DNA of 57,928 nucleotides from an uncultured virus (IMG/VR IMGVR_UViG_3300018915_000003) (lineage: Duplodnaviria > Heunggongvirae > Uroviricota > Caudoviricetes): IMG/VR virus record IMGVR_UViG_3300018915_000003; one strand, 5' to 3'. Shown piece after piece: positions 50,383 through 57,928 of the stretch. The notes under the pieces are model-generated. The model had not been told where the DNA came from. It worked only from the letters and a program-made list of their open reading frames with translations, and did not search any database. How positions within the stretch are numbered: the stretch's first letter is position 1; each line of letters begins with the position of its first letter. The position numbers and the translations under genes are program-made.

Positions 50383-51300
50383 TTAAGTCTTGCTCTGGAT
50401 GTATTCAATCAGTGCTGTGTATCCGTCTGCACCAGTGTTGTCGTAGAATGTTCCACCGTACCAGACTGAAACACCGTCAACATCGCCGTCAAGTGTTGCA
50501 TCAATACAGTCCTTCATTGTGTCATAGACTGTCTTGCCTGCTGCTGCTGGTATCTGTGAGGATACTTGGAATGTTAGTTTGCCTTCCATTGTTGACCTCC
50601 ATGTCTCGAATTGTGCGACTCTGCCATCTACGAATGTGCTCATGGTGTTGCATGTGCTGTCATCATCTTGTAGTGCTTGGCTTTGAATGTGGAATCTGCT
50701 CACATCTTGTATGATGCTTTGCATGTAGGTGTTGCTTGCTGTGATTGCCCTTTCAGGTGCTCCGTGTGCGTATAAGACCGGAGTTGTTGGACTGATTACA
50801 ATTTGCTTAAAGTCTTCGAATGCTTGAACTGGGTCTTGTTGTTCTGCGTCAGGTGATGGGCCGTTTCCGATTGAGCCTTCCAAGTCATAAACTAGGAATC
50901 CAAAGCCTCTTTCACGTGCAATTTCTTCATAGTAGTCTGCCTCTGCTTTTGAGAATACTTCGATTCCCTTTCTTGAATCGCCTAAGTTGATGGAGTCAAG
51001 TGCATCAAGTTGTGTAGTAGTTAGGATTTGGTTTACACCAACGTGGAAGATTACTTGGTCATCGCTGTTTACTGCTGCGTTAATTTTGCTTACCATGTCG
51101 GCACATGATGTCGTGTTTGAACATTTGCTGCTCTGCATTATGAATCTCTGGTATTTGGTGCTGTCTTGTGTTAGTTGTGCTTCTGCTGCCATCATATTCG
51201 CGGATAACCCGAAGGATGCCACGAGGATCATGCCAGTCAATAAGGCTAACGTTTTTGCCGCTGCCTGCGTCTTCTTGTTGTTGCTATTGTCTTTTTTCAT
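50383..51300 (-). CDS. Secreted protein, possible glycoside-hydrolase-like barrel
   Basis: Signal peptide from MKKDN; 'GFLVYDLEG', 'VDGVSVWY' suggest a TIM barrel. Confidence 0.5.
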   Translation of the reverse strand: MKKDNSNNKKTQAAAKTLALLTGMILVASFGLSANMMAAEAQLTQDSTKYQRFIMQSSKCSNTTSCADMVSKINAAVNSDDQVIFHVGVNQILTTTQLDALDSINLGDSRKGIEVFSKAEADYYEEIARERGFGFLVYDLEGSIGNGPSPDAEQQDPVQAFEDFKQIVISPTTPVLYAHGAPERAITASNTYMQSIIQDVSRFHIQSQALQDDDSTCNTMSTFVDGRVAQFETWRSTMEGKLTFQVSSQIPAAAGKTVYDTMKDCIDATLDGDVDGVSVWYGGTFYDNTGADGYTALIEYIQSKT

Positions 51301-51511
51301 TAAGTGAGAGTCTATAGAGCAGGCTCCTATTATAGTTGCGCTTTGATGGTTACTTCCCTTTTCTTTATGTGGGGATGGAGTTTTGCAATCAACGTTTCCG
51401 TCCACTTTATTTTTTTGAAAGCTCCCCCCTGCTAGTTATTCAATCCAGTTAATATATTACTAAAGCTTATATATCTCCTGTATCTTCTCCTCAGCTAGTG
51501 ATAAATGGCAA

Positions 51512-52265
51512 GTGCCAAAAGTAACAATTGAAGGATTGAAGTGTGCCAGATGTGATCATGTCTGGTGTAAGATGGAAGAGACCAAGGGAGAGCCCAAGGT
51601 CTGTCCAAAGTGCAAGTCACCATACTGGGATGTCCCCAGAAAGCTGCGGACGGGATTGGGAGAGGAGAGAACGAAGATATGAGCGCGAAAACTTACGCAT
51701 TGAGGGACATCGTCCTATTATTAGATGAGGCGATTCAATCATTTGGGAAGACTCTCACCATAATGAATCAGAACGTAGAGAAGCATGGCGACCTGGCAAA
51801 GTTCGGAGGGACGTACAAGGAGATGGTCGACGGATACAGGGATGCAATTGTCCAGATGCAGCTTGGTATATTCAGGCTAGGCGTCGGATATGAGAAATTG
51901 GTGAAGGGCGCCAAGCTAGAGGAAGAGAAGGCAGCAGCTCAGAAGAAAAGCGAGGAGCATTAGAGAGGAGGAGAGGAGGAGAGAAAGGAATGAGAAGAAA
52001 CGAGAGTGAGATAGTAGAAGAGAAGGGTCTTGAGTTCAGATCTTTCTTCCGCAAGTCAACCGGCCCGGAGATATTCCAGGATAGCAAGTTCGAGCACCCC
52101 GTCCTATGTGCAAAACATCAAACCCCGGTCTACGATGCCCTTATACAACACAATCACTTCTACTGTAGTCAGGGCGGTCACTACATCACACTGGATAAAA
52201 TGCGGATTATAATCTACACCTTGCCCGCGAAAGACCCTCAGGATGAGGGGATAATGGTGACCTAA
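51512..52265 (+). CDS. Three small ORFs (51512-51682 Zn ribbon, 51679-51963, 51990-52265)
   Basis: The first, translated manually from GTG, has CARC...CPKCKSPYW; ATGA overlap with the second. Confidence 0.6.
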
Positions 52266-52576
52266 GAGGAGGAATTTTCTTGAATGTAGCCATCGGGGAT
52301 GTAGGTCGTGGACTTTTCTTTATTTTTCCCCACTATATCTATGTCTTCGATAGGTGCTAATTCTTCTCCTCGTTGTCCGCACCGTCTACACATCTGACAC
52401 TGACAGGGACAGTGGATACACCCTCTATATTTGGGACGGGCTCCATGCTTCGCCAGTTCAACAAATATTGGATAGGGCAATAGATTAAAGATTGTTTGCA
52501 AGTCAGCTTCTTCTTTTTCTGTTGTTGGTCGATACTCAACTCCGAGCTCCTCCAACATGAATGACACATCAACCAT
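52262..52576 (-). CDS. Cys-rich hypothetical protein
   Basis: 'CIHCPCQCQMCRRC'. Confidence 0.55.
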   Translation of the reverse strand: MVDVSFMLEELGVEYRPTTEKEEADLQTIFNLLPYPIFVELAKHGARPKYRGCIHCPCQCQMCRRCGQRGEELAPIEDIDIVGKNKEKSTTYIPDGYIQENSSS

Positions 52577-52581
52577 CTTTA

Positions 52582-52959
52582 TTATCTCTCCTTCTCCTCT
52601 TCTTGTAACATGTTGGCAATCTTCTTTCTCTTTGATATAAGATCATCCTCGATGACAGTATATTGATGATATCGTTCCAGGAATTGCCCTCCTTTTGTTG
52701 TTAGATGGTATGCCTTTGACCGATGATCGTAAAACAAGAGTGCGCATTTTATAATTTGATGTAGGTATTTTTCCAACAGTTCATAGCTCATGTAGCACCT
52801 ACGCATGATTCGAGTCTTTGTCGCTGGGCTATACTGTTTTGCAACTTTCAGGATATTCGCTATAATCTCCTCTTTGGTGCGTTTCTTCCTCTTGGGGTTA
52901 ACCTCTACTCGATTTTCAGAAGCATAGTAAATCTTAGCACCTTCATTATATGCGCTCAT
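52582..52959 (-). CDS. Archaeal winged-helix transcription regulator
   Basis: 'RTKEEIIANILK...ATKTRIM...MSYELLEKYL...YHLTTKG..FL' is typical of the archaeal wHTH family expanded in Nitrososphaera. Confidence 0.85.
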   Translation of the reverse strand: MSAYNEGAKIYYASENRVEVNPKRKKRTKEEIIANILKVAKQYSPATKTRIMRRCYMSYELLEKYLHQIIKCALLFYDHRSKAYHLTTKGGQFLERYHQYTVIEDDLISKRKKIANMLQEEEKER

Positions 52960-53408
52960 TTCTTCCTCTTTACCTCCTTCTTCTGTTGTTCTCTCTGCAC
53001 ATCCTCTATCAGACTGTGATTGTATTCCTTGTAGCGCCAGCCGTCCTCTCTATGCTCCTCCGTTCTATTGGGGCCAAACATCGGCCTGTGCTTCCAGTGA
53101 CCGGGATATGATTCATCGAATGAGGACTTGCTCTGCTTCTTGGGTTTATATCTTGTTATCTTGAGCTCTGAGAAGTTAGCAGGAAACTGACCAATCACAG
53201 ATTCGAGAATAGCTTCCATCATCTGCTCCTGTGTCTCGTAAGCTGTATAACAATTCCTCATATAGAATTCAACCTTATACCAAGCGTCGTCGTGCTCAGG
53301 ATTGTCCTTGGGCCATGTGGTCGGGCAGAGTGACGGCTGCACCATGAAGACATCTTTGGTTAGGTCTTCCTGTTCCTGTGGGACGTAAGCCCATCCTTTT
53401 ACTACCAT
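52956..53408 (-). CDS. Hypothetical protein
   Basis: 150-aa ORF whose stop overlaps the wHTH start. Confidence 0.55.
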   Translation of the reverse strand: MVVKGWAYVPQEQEDLTKDVFMVQPSLCPTTWPKDNPEHDDAWYKVEFYMRNCYTAYETQEQMMEAILESVIGQFPANFSELKITRYKPKKQSKSSFDESYPGHWKHRPMFGPNRTEEHREDGWRYKEYNHSLIEDVQREQQKKEVKRKK

Positions 53409-53472
53409 TTTAATTACCTGAGGTACCGCAGGCTTTTTAAGTTTCTGCGGTATCTCATGTCATTGGGTTAGA

Positions 53473-54033
53473 ATGACAGAAGAGACTAAGATATCAGAAG
53501 GTTTTAAGCGTTGTGAATGTGGATGCGGACAGGAAGTTAAAGGATATAATCATGAAACTCATCAACCTACACGGTTCAAAAAGGGACATTATTTACGGCT
53601 TCATAGTAACTCACTACATCACAATTGGAAAGGCGGAACAAGAATAACATTAGCAGGTTATAGAGTTGTATTACAAAGAGGACATCCTAGAGCAAATAGA
53701 GACGGGTATGTTTTTGAGCACATCCTAGTTAAGGAAAAAGAGATAGGACGACATATAGCAAAAAATGAAGACGTCCATCATATTAACGGCAATAAGTTAG
53801 ATAATCGCCCTGAGAATCTAGAATTGATGACAAAATCGCAACATGCTATCACTACACTTACAATAGATATGTCGAATCGTAGGTGTTCAGATTGCGGTAG
53901 CTCCGAAACCTATAGACGTGATTGGCAGAAAGACCCAATTGATAAAAATAAAATCAGATGCCATAAATGCTATATGAAATTTTACAAGTTACGACGCAAG
54001 TCTATTATTATTTCCTCGCCAGATTCTGCGTAA
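53473..54033 (+). CDS. HNH homing endonuclease, paralog of 34153..34632
   Basis: CECGCG N-terminus; 'EHILV...VHHINGNKLDNRPENLEL'; CSDC...CHKC. Confidence 0.85.
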   Translation: MTEETKISEGFKRCECGCGQEVKGYNHETHQPTRFKKGHYLRLHSNSLHHNWKGGTRITLAGYRVVLQRGHPRANRDGYVFEHILVKEKEIGRHIAKNEDVHHINGNKLDNRPENLELMTKSQHAITTLTIDMSNRRCSDCGSSETYRRDWQKDPIDKNKIRCHKCYMKFYKLRRKSIIISSPDSA

Positions 54034-54673
54034 CAACGACTTTAGTACCAACAATGTATGCGCCTAAGCCTTCTCTGTCATAACTTGCGCTTAATAGATT
54101 CTCCTTATGTCCCTTCTGGGATAACCACCAGCCCTTCTCACCATACATTATTTTGTTTGCTATCTCTTGTTTTGACATCCTTGATAATGAGGTACTCGAA
54201 TACCAAGCGATATTCTCTCCATACGCACGGTAGGAATATCCTGCTTCTCTAGCTCGAGCAAACGAGTTTTTCCCATCTGGGTTCATGTGAGCAAAGAAGT
54301 TTCTCACCTGCATATCGACTGAGTGCTTCTCGGCTATGTTTGCAAGCTCGTGGTCATACTGTAGCTGTACTCTGTGAATCTTGGCCCTCTCTATGTTCAC
54401 CAGCTTGTGTATCTCGAGTTCGATCGTTGTTTCGTTTGTTATTGGTATTGGCGTTGGTTGCTGCTCCATCACTTCGGGCGGGACTTCTGGGGGTTGCATC
54501 TCCATATTATACTCGTTAATCTCTTTGTTCAGGAATTGATTAAAATCGGCAAGGATTCTATCAGCGTGTTCTTTATCGACAAAGATTGAGAGCTTGCTGG
54601 TTACTGGTTGCTTGTTGCATATCTGGCACTTCGTGGGGAGTGAGGTTGTCGGGGTAGTTGAAGTTGTGCTCAT
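54008..54673 (-). CDS. CAP/SCP-domain protein
   Basis: 'LVNIERAK', 'HSVDM..NFFAH', 'GENIA', 'WWLSQKGHKENLL', 'TQNL'. Confidence 0.88.
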   Translation of the reverse strand: MSTTSTTPTTSLPTKCQICNKQPVTSKLSIFVDKEHADRILADFNQFLNKEINEYNMEMQPPEVPPEVMEQQPTPIPITNETTIELEIHKLVNIERAKIHRVQLQYDHELANIAEKHSVDMQVRNFFAHMNPDGKNSFARAREAGYSYRAYGENIAWYSSTSLSRMSKQEIANKIMYGEKGWWLSQKGHKENLLSASYDREGLGAYIVGTKVVVTQNLARK

Positions 54674-54736
54674 ATTATTTTTACTTCCGAGGGTGTTGTA
54701 GGACTAGCTCTTTGTTAACTGTTTCGGCCTTCCTTT

Positions 54737-55060
54737 CTATTGCTCGGGCACCCTGAGCTCGCTGACCCTGTTGTCCCAGAACTTGATGCGTGATGCAAGA
54801 TAATCATCAATATTCTCGGTGCCAGGATAGTTTTTGAGGTATGCCTTTGCCATCTTGAGCTCACGCATGAACAGCTTGATGTCGGCCATGTGTTGCTGCA
54901 CCGCATAGCGATGATCCTCCCGCCGCACTTGCGCTCTGTCCATTGTTGTTGGGACTTCCGACGTAGTTGCTGCATCGGGGATTATCGTGCCTGTTGTTCC
55001 CGTTGATGGTGTTGTCGTTGCTGTCGCATCATTATTTTCATTATTGTTACTGTCTGACAT
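54737..55060 (-). CDS. Hypothetical protein
   Basis: N/T-rich N-terminus and helical C-terminus; divergent from the RHH-Tas operon. Confidence 0.55.
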   Translation of the reverse strand: MSDSNNNENNDATATTTPSTGTTGTIIPDAATTSEVPTTMDRAQVRREDHRYAVQQHMADIKLFMRELKMAKAYLKNYPGTENIDDYLASRIKFWDNRVSELRVPEQ

Positions 55061-55090
55061 TCTGTATCTACTCTCTGTATATCAGACAAA

Positions 55091-55126
55091 GTATATATGC
55101 TTGTGGTATGTTTAACATGTTTAACA
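55091..55126 (+). promoter_or_regulatory. TATA box plus tandem TGTTTAACA x2 operator-like site
   Basis: GTATATAT at 55091-55098; TGTTTAACA at 55109-55117 and 55118-55126, just before ATG 55130. Confidence 0.55.
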
Positions 55127-55129
55127 GAA

Positions 55130-55408
55130 ATGCAACCTAAATCAAAAAGCAAGTCGAAAAGAATTAGGGGAAGCGATAGCAGCACTAACGCTTTCAAAAC
55201 AAGAAAGGGAAGACACATGATCCAAGACAACAGGGACACGAAAAGGGTGTTCTCTGTGTCTATGCCGAACTGGCTGGTGGACAAAATAGACGAGGAAAGG
55301 GATGACATACCGAGAAGCACCTTCATCTCAAAGATGCTCTCCACACACTTGGAGGAGAAAGAGATGTTGGAGAATGCAGTACCTGTCGGGAGGAGACAAT
55401 CAATATGA
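55130..55408 (+). CDS. Ribbon-helix-helix (CopG-like) regulator
   Basis: 'VFSVSMPNWLVDKIDEERDDIPRSTFISKML'; ATGA overlap with the next gene; alternative start at 55217. Confidence 0.8.
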   Translation: MQPKSKSKSKRIRGSDSSTNAFKTRKGRHMIQDNRDTKRVFSVSMPNWLVDKIDEERDDIPRSTFISKMLSTHLEEKEMLENAVPVGRRQSI

Positions 55409-57051
55409 CAAACGAAGAGATACGGACACTCGGCAAAGCCTATCTACAATGTCAGAGGGCCAGGGTAGGCTGTGAGTTACAGATGCAGAAGCTGATGGAG
55501 CACAGACTCATCCATGCAGGTGTAGCAACCAGGGAAATAGTAGCTGATGATGATGACGCAGGAAGGGCAGCTAACAAGTTCAAGAAGACAAAGATCATCA
55601 TACTGGATGAAAAGAAGGCAGAGAAGATCAGAGAACAGGTTCAGGAATCAAGAGAGTACAAGAACCTGGTGAAATACAAGGCATCGCTCAAGAGAGAGGA
55701 GCAGGACTTCCTATACACTGCGACACAGGTAACAGCTGATTCACCCATCTGGGAGTTTGCGAAACGTGTGAAGGGCTTCGGTGATGTGGCGGTCATGACA
55801 TCCTACACGATAATCGACACGGAACGCATTGCAGACAGCCAGAGAGTGGTCACAGCAGGCAGGGTCTGGAAATACTTGGGGCTTGTGCCAGGTCAAAGAC
55901 TAAAGTCAGGAGAGCTCGGTGGATTCAACACAACATTGAAGGGCAGGTGGTACATGATTCGCAAGAACTTGGTGATGGCCAAAGACCCATACTATGGCGA
56001 GATATACCGGGTGATGAAAGCCCTCTACAAACAAAGACCTGATCTAGTAGCAGTAAACGGCTCAACCGTAAAGGGAGGATGCGAGCACTACATTGCAGTC
56101 CCATTGGTTCCGAAGGCAAAGCCAGGCGAGCCACAAAAGCTCAACCCACAGGTGATGTCAAAGGATATGGCTAAACTAGGCCCAGCGCACTTTGTTGCAA
56201 AGTTCAGACTGGAGGCAGAACGCACAAAGATTGAGGACGAGATAGGCGACAAGATCAAGGCATTCAAGATCGACAATAAGGGCGCAAGCAAGAAGGAGAT
56301 CAAGGGAGGCGTGGATGAATTGAAGGCTGAACTTGAGCGCAGAGTCGAGGCGAAGGAGAGAGAGATCGAGGCTAACCTGCTAGACCTATTCAGACACTCA
56401 CCCAAAGACGTAGAGAAGGCAGCAGAAGAAATCAAGATACAACTTGGATACGTCGTTCACTGCCCGAAATGCAAGGACAACGTCAGCGTCGCAACAATAG
56501 AGAACGTCATGAAGAGACCAGGCTGGAACAAGTGGATTGATGAAATGTCTGGCAGATGGATGGGCAAGTTGCTCCTGTCACACGTGACAGAGATTATTGC
56601 CACAGGAGAAGGATACAGGTTCTCAAGACATGCAGACTATATCCCACCAAAGCCAGAGGATGACTACACAGCCAGGGAAGTCATAGAGAGATTCCGAGAG
56701 TCAAGGGCAAACATACTCATGCGATATATTGATGACTTTGCAGAGACAGGCAGCGCACAATCAGCAAAAGACAACCTACAGTCATGGTGGGAGACCAAGA
56801 CACATGGCATCTCAAGCGCGTCAAGAACACATCACGGACAGCAACAGCAGCAACAACACAGAGGAATTGGATACACCGGCCCAGAACTGCCATCCGACTT
56901 TGAACTTGTAGCAAGAAGGAAGCGCACAATGCAGGCACCAGAAGACAACGCACACATGAGCGAGATGGTCAACGATGACCTAGCACGGGAGGGGCTCAGA
57001 GAAGCACAACAGCACAGCCACGATGATGAAGAGGAGGAGGACTACACCTAG
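55405..57051 (+). CDS. Tas-like Nop-domain RNA-binding protein (TasA-like, related to the IS110 C-terminal domain)
   Basis: N-terminal coiled coil, 'PIWEFAKRVKGFG', 'AGRVWKYLGLVP', 'FNTTLKG', 'YYGEIY', 'RWMGKLLLSHV'; no N-terminal DEDD/RuvC domain; adjacent dual-repeat array. Confidence 0.8.
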   Translation: MTNEEIRTLGKAYLQCQRARVGCELQMQKLMEHRLIHAGVATREIVADDDDAGRAANKFKKTKIIILDEKKAEKIREQVQESREYKNLVKYKASLKREEQDFLYTATQVTADSPIWEFAKRVKGFGDVAVMTSYTIIDTERIADSQRVVTAGRVWKYLGLVPGQRLKSGELGGFNTTLKGRWYMIRKNLVMAKDPYYGEIYRVMKALYKQRPDLVAVNGSTVKGGCEHYIAVPLVPKAKPGEPQKLNPQVMSKDMAKLGPAHFVAKFRLEAERTKIEDEIGDKIKAFKIDNKGASKKEIKGGVDELKAELERRVEAKEREIEANLLDLFRHSPKDVEKAAEEIKIQLGYVVHCPKCKDNVSVATIENVMKRPGWNKWIDEMSGRWMGKLLLSHVTEIIATGEGYRFSRHADYIPPKPEDDYTAREVIERFRESRANILMRYIDDFAETGSAQSAKDNLQSWWETKTHGISSASRTHHGQQQQQQHRGIGYTGPELPSDFELVARRKRTMQAPEDNAHMSEMVNDDLAREGLREAQQHSHDDEEEEDYT

Positions 57052-57095
57052 TAGGACTCCACTCACTCTATTCCCATTTTTTTATTTTGATTTGA

Positions 57096-57928
57096 GTTGA
57101 GTCTTATTAAATCGAGAACCAAAAATAAAAAGCGAATCTGAAGAAAGTGAGAACCTGTTGGTGTCAATAATACCAGTAAGCCTATTTAATGTGTGAACCG
57201 AAAAATTAAGCGAATCGTGTAATACCGAGAACCTTGGGGGCATTTGAGCCTGTTATGTGTGAGAACCATATTAAGATGCGAGTCACAGAGAATAGAGAAC
57301 CTCTGAAAGAACACGAGCCATAATGAGGAGAGAACCTAAAACTCGAGCGAGCCTTCAATATTAGAGATCCTCCTTCAAAAGCTAGCCTATATTTATTGAG
57401 AACCCAGCTTCTTAGCGAACCAATGATCTGCGAGAGCCGTAGATGCTAGTGAGCCTTTCATGAATGAGAACCACACGGTCGTGCGAACCAAATAATTACT
57501 ATCGAGAACCTTAATGTTTAGCGAGTCACATTAAAAAGAGAGCCTTGGAAACCTACAAGCCGAAATTGATACGAGAACCCAGATGTTACGCGAGCTTGTT
57601 CAAACAAGCGAGCCTATACAAGATGCGAGCCGTATACCGTTGAGAACCGTATTAAGAAGCGAGCCATACGCCGCAGAGAACCGACCCCTTGAGCGAGCCT
57701 GACCCTACAGCGAACCGTGACCCCTAGCAAGCCTCCTCTAGTTGAGAGCCATACTTTTGAGCAAACAAGCCTAATCAAAGAGAGAATCCCATGCTAGTGC
57801 GAGCCTGGAGCCTTAGCGAACCGCTCACAAAAGCGAGCCTTGCTTGTCTGCGAACCTCCGACCAAAGCGAGCCATACGCCGCAGAGAACCGACACCCTGA
57901 GCAAGCCTAGCCCCTCTGAGAACCTTTT
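57096..57928 (+). ncRNA. TIGR-like dual-repeat guide RNA array (truncated by window end)
   Basis: Alternating 8-nt repeats NGAGAACC and AGCGAGCC (degenerate) separated by mostly 9-nt variable spacers; 17-nt half period, 34-nt unit, ~24 units; no long ORF. Confidence 0.85.

Noticed and set aside
55405..57051. IS110-family transposase
   Set aside because: The C-terminal-domain motifs (including 'GLVP...SG') are similar, but the N-terminal DEDD domain is absent and the gene is followed by a multi-unit array
57096..57928. CRISPR array
   Set aside because: Repeats are 8 nt and of two alternating types, spacers are only 9 nt, and no cas genes are in the window
57096..57928. Self-targeting of this window by array spacers
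   Set aside because: A few 9-mers were spot-checked by eye; single matches lacked the adjacent partner spacer and are expected by chance. A systematic search is still needed
1..57928. Diversity-generating retroelement, integrase/att sites, tRNA or rRNA genes
   Set aside because: No reverse transcriptase, recombinase or structural RNA was recognised by eye; a tRNAscan/Infernal run would be needed to exclude small RNAs

Overview
The window looks like part of a tailed archaeal virus or provirus genome (Caudoviricetes-type). The host is most plausibly a soil ammonia-oxidising archaeon (Nitrososphaerales). That host call is an inference from the MCM helicase, Pth2, an archaeal winged-helix protein, TATA-type promoters and N/Q/T-rich low-complexity proteins. 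Morphogenesis genes lie on the minus strand but are dispersed: TerS/TerL at 34.7-37.1 kb, portal at 30.5-32.4 kb, and protease-scaffold, decoration and major capsid protein at 0.07-3.9 kb, with several fibre-like proteins. Between them are many small Zn-finger ORFs, four HNH and one LAGLIDADG endonuclease, two DNA methyltransferases, a ParB-like protein and surface or carbohydrate-active genes (PL6-like lyase, Excalibur-like, CAP). The most striking element is at the right end. An RHH regulator and a 548-aa Nop/IS110-C-terminal-like protein are followed by a ~830-bp dual-repeat array (NGAGAACC-N9-AGCGAGCC-N9, 34-nt period, ~24 units, cut by the window edge). This is the architecture of a TIGR-Tas RNA-guided system, here with no recognisable nuclease and an unusual Zn/coiled-coil insertion. 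Other signals read from the sequence: three genes that appear to need ATA or ACG starts, a LAGLIDADG insertion that leaves a methyltransferase with two N-termini, hairpin-enclosed TATA boxes before HNH genes, a candidate late-promoter motif and a candidate origin. All product calls come from motif recognition by eye; no database search was run.
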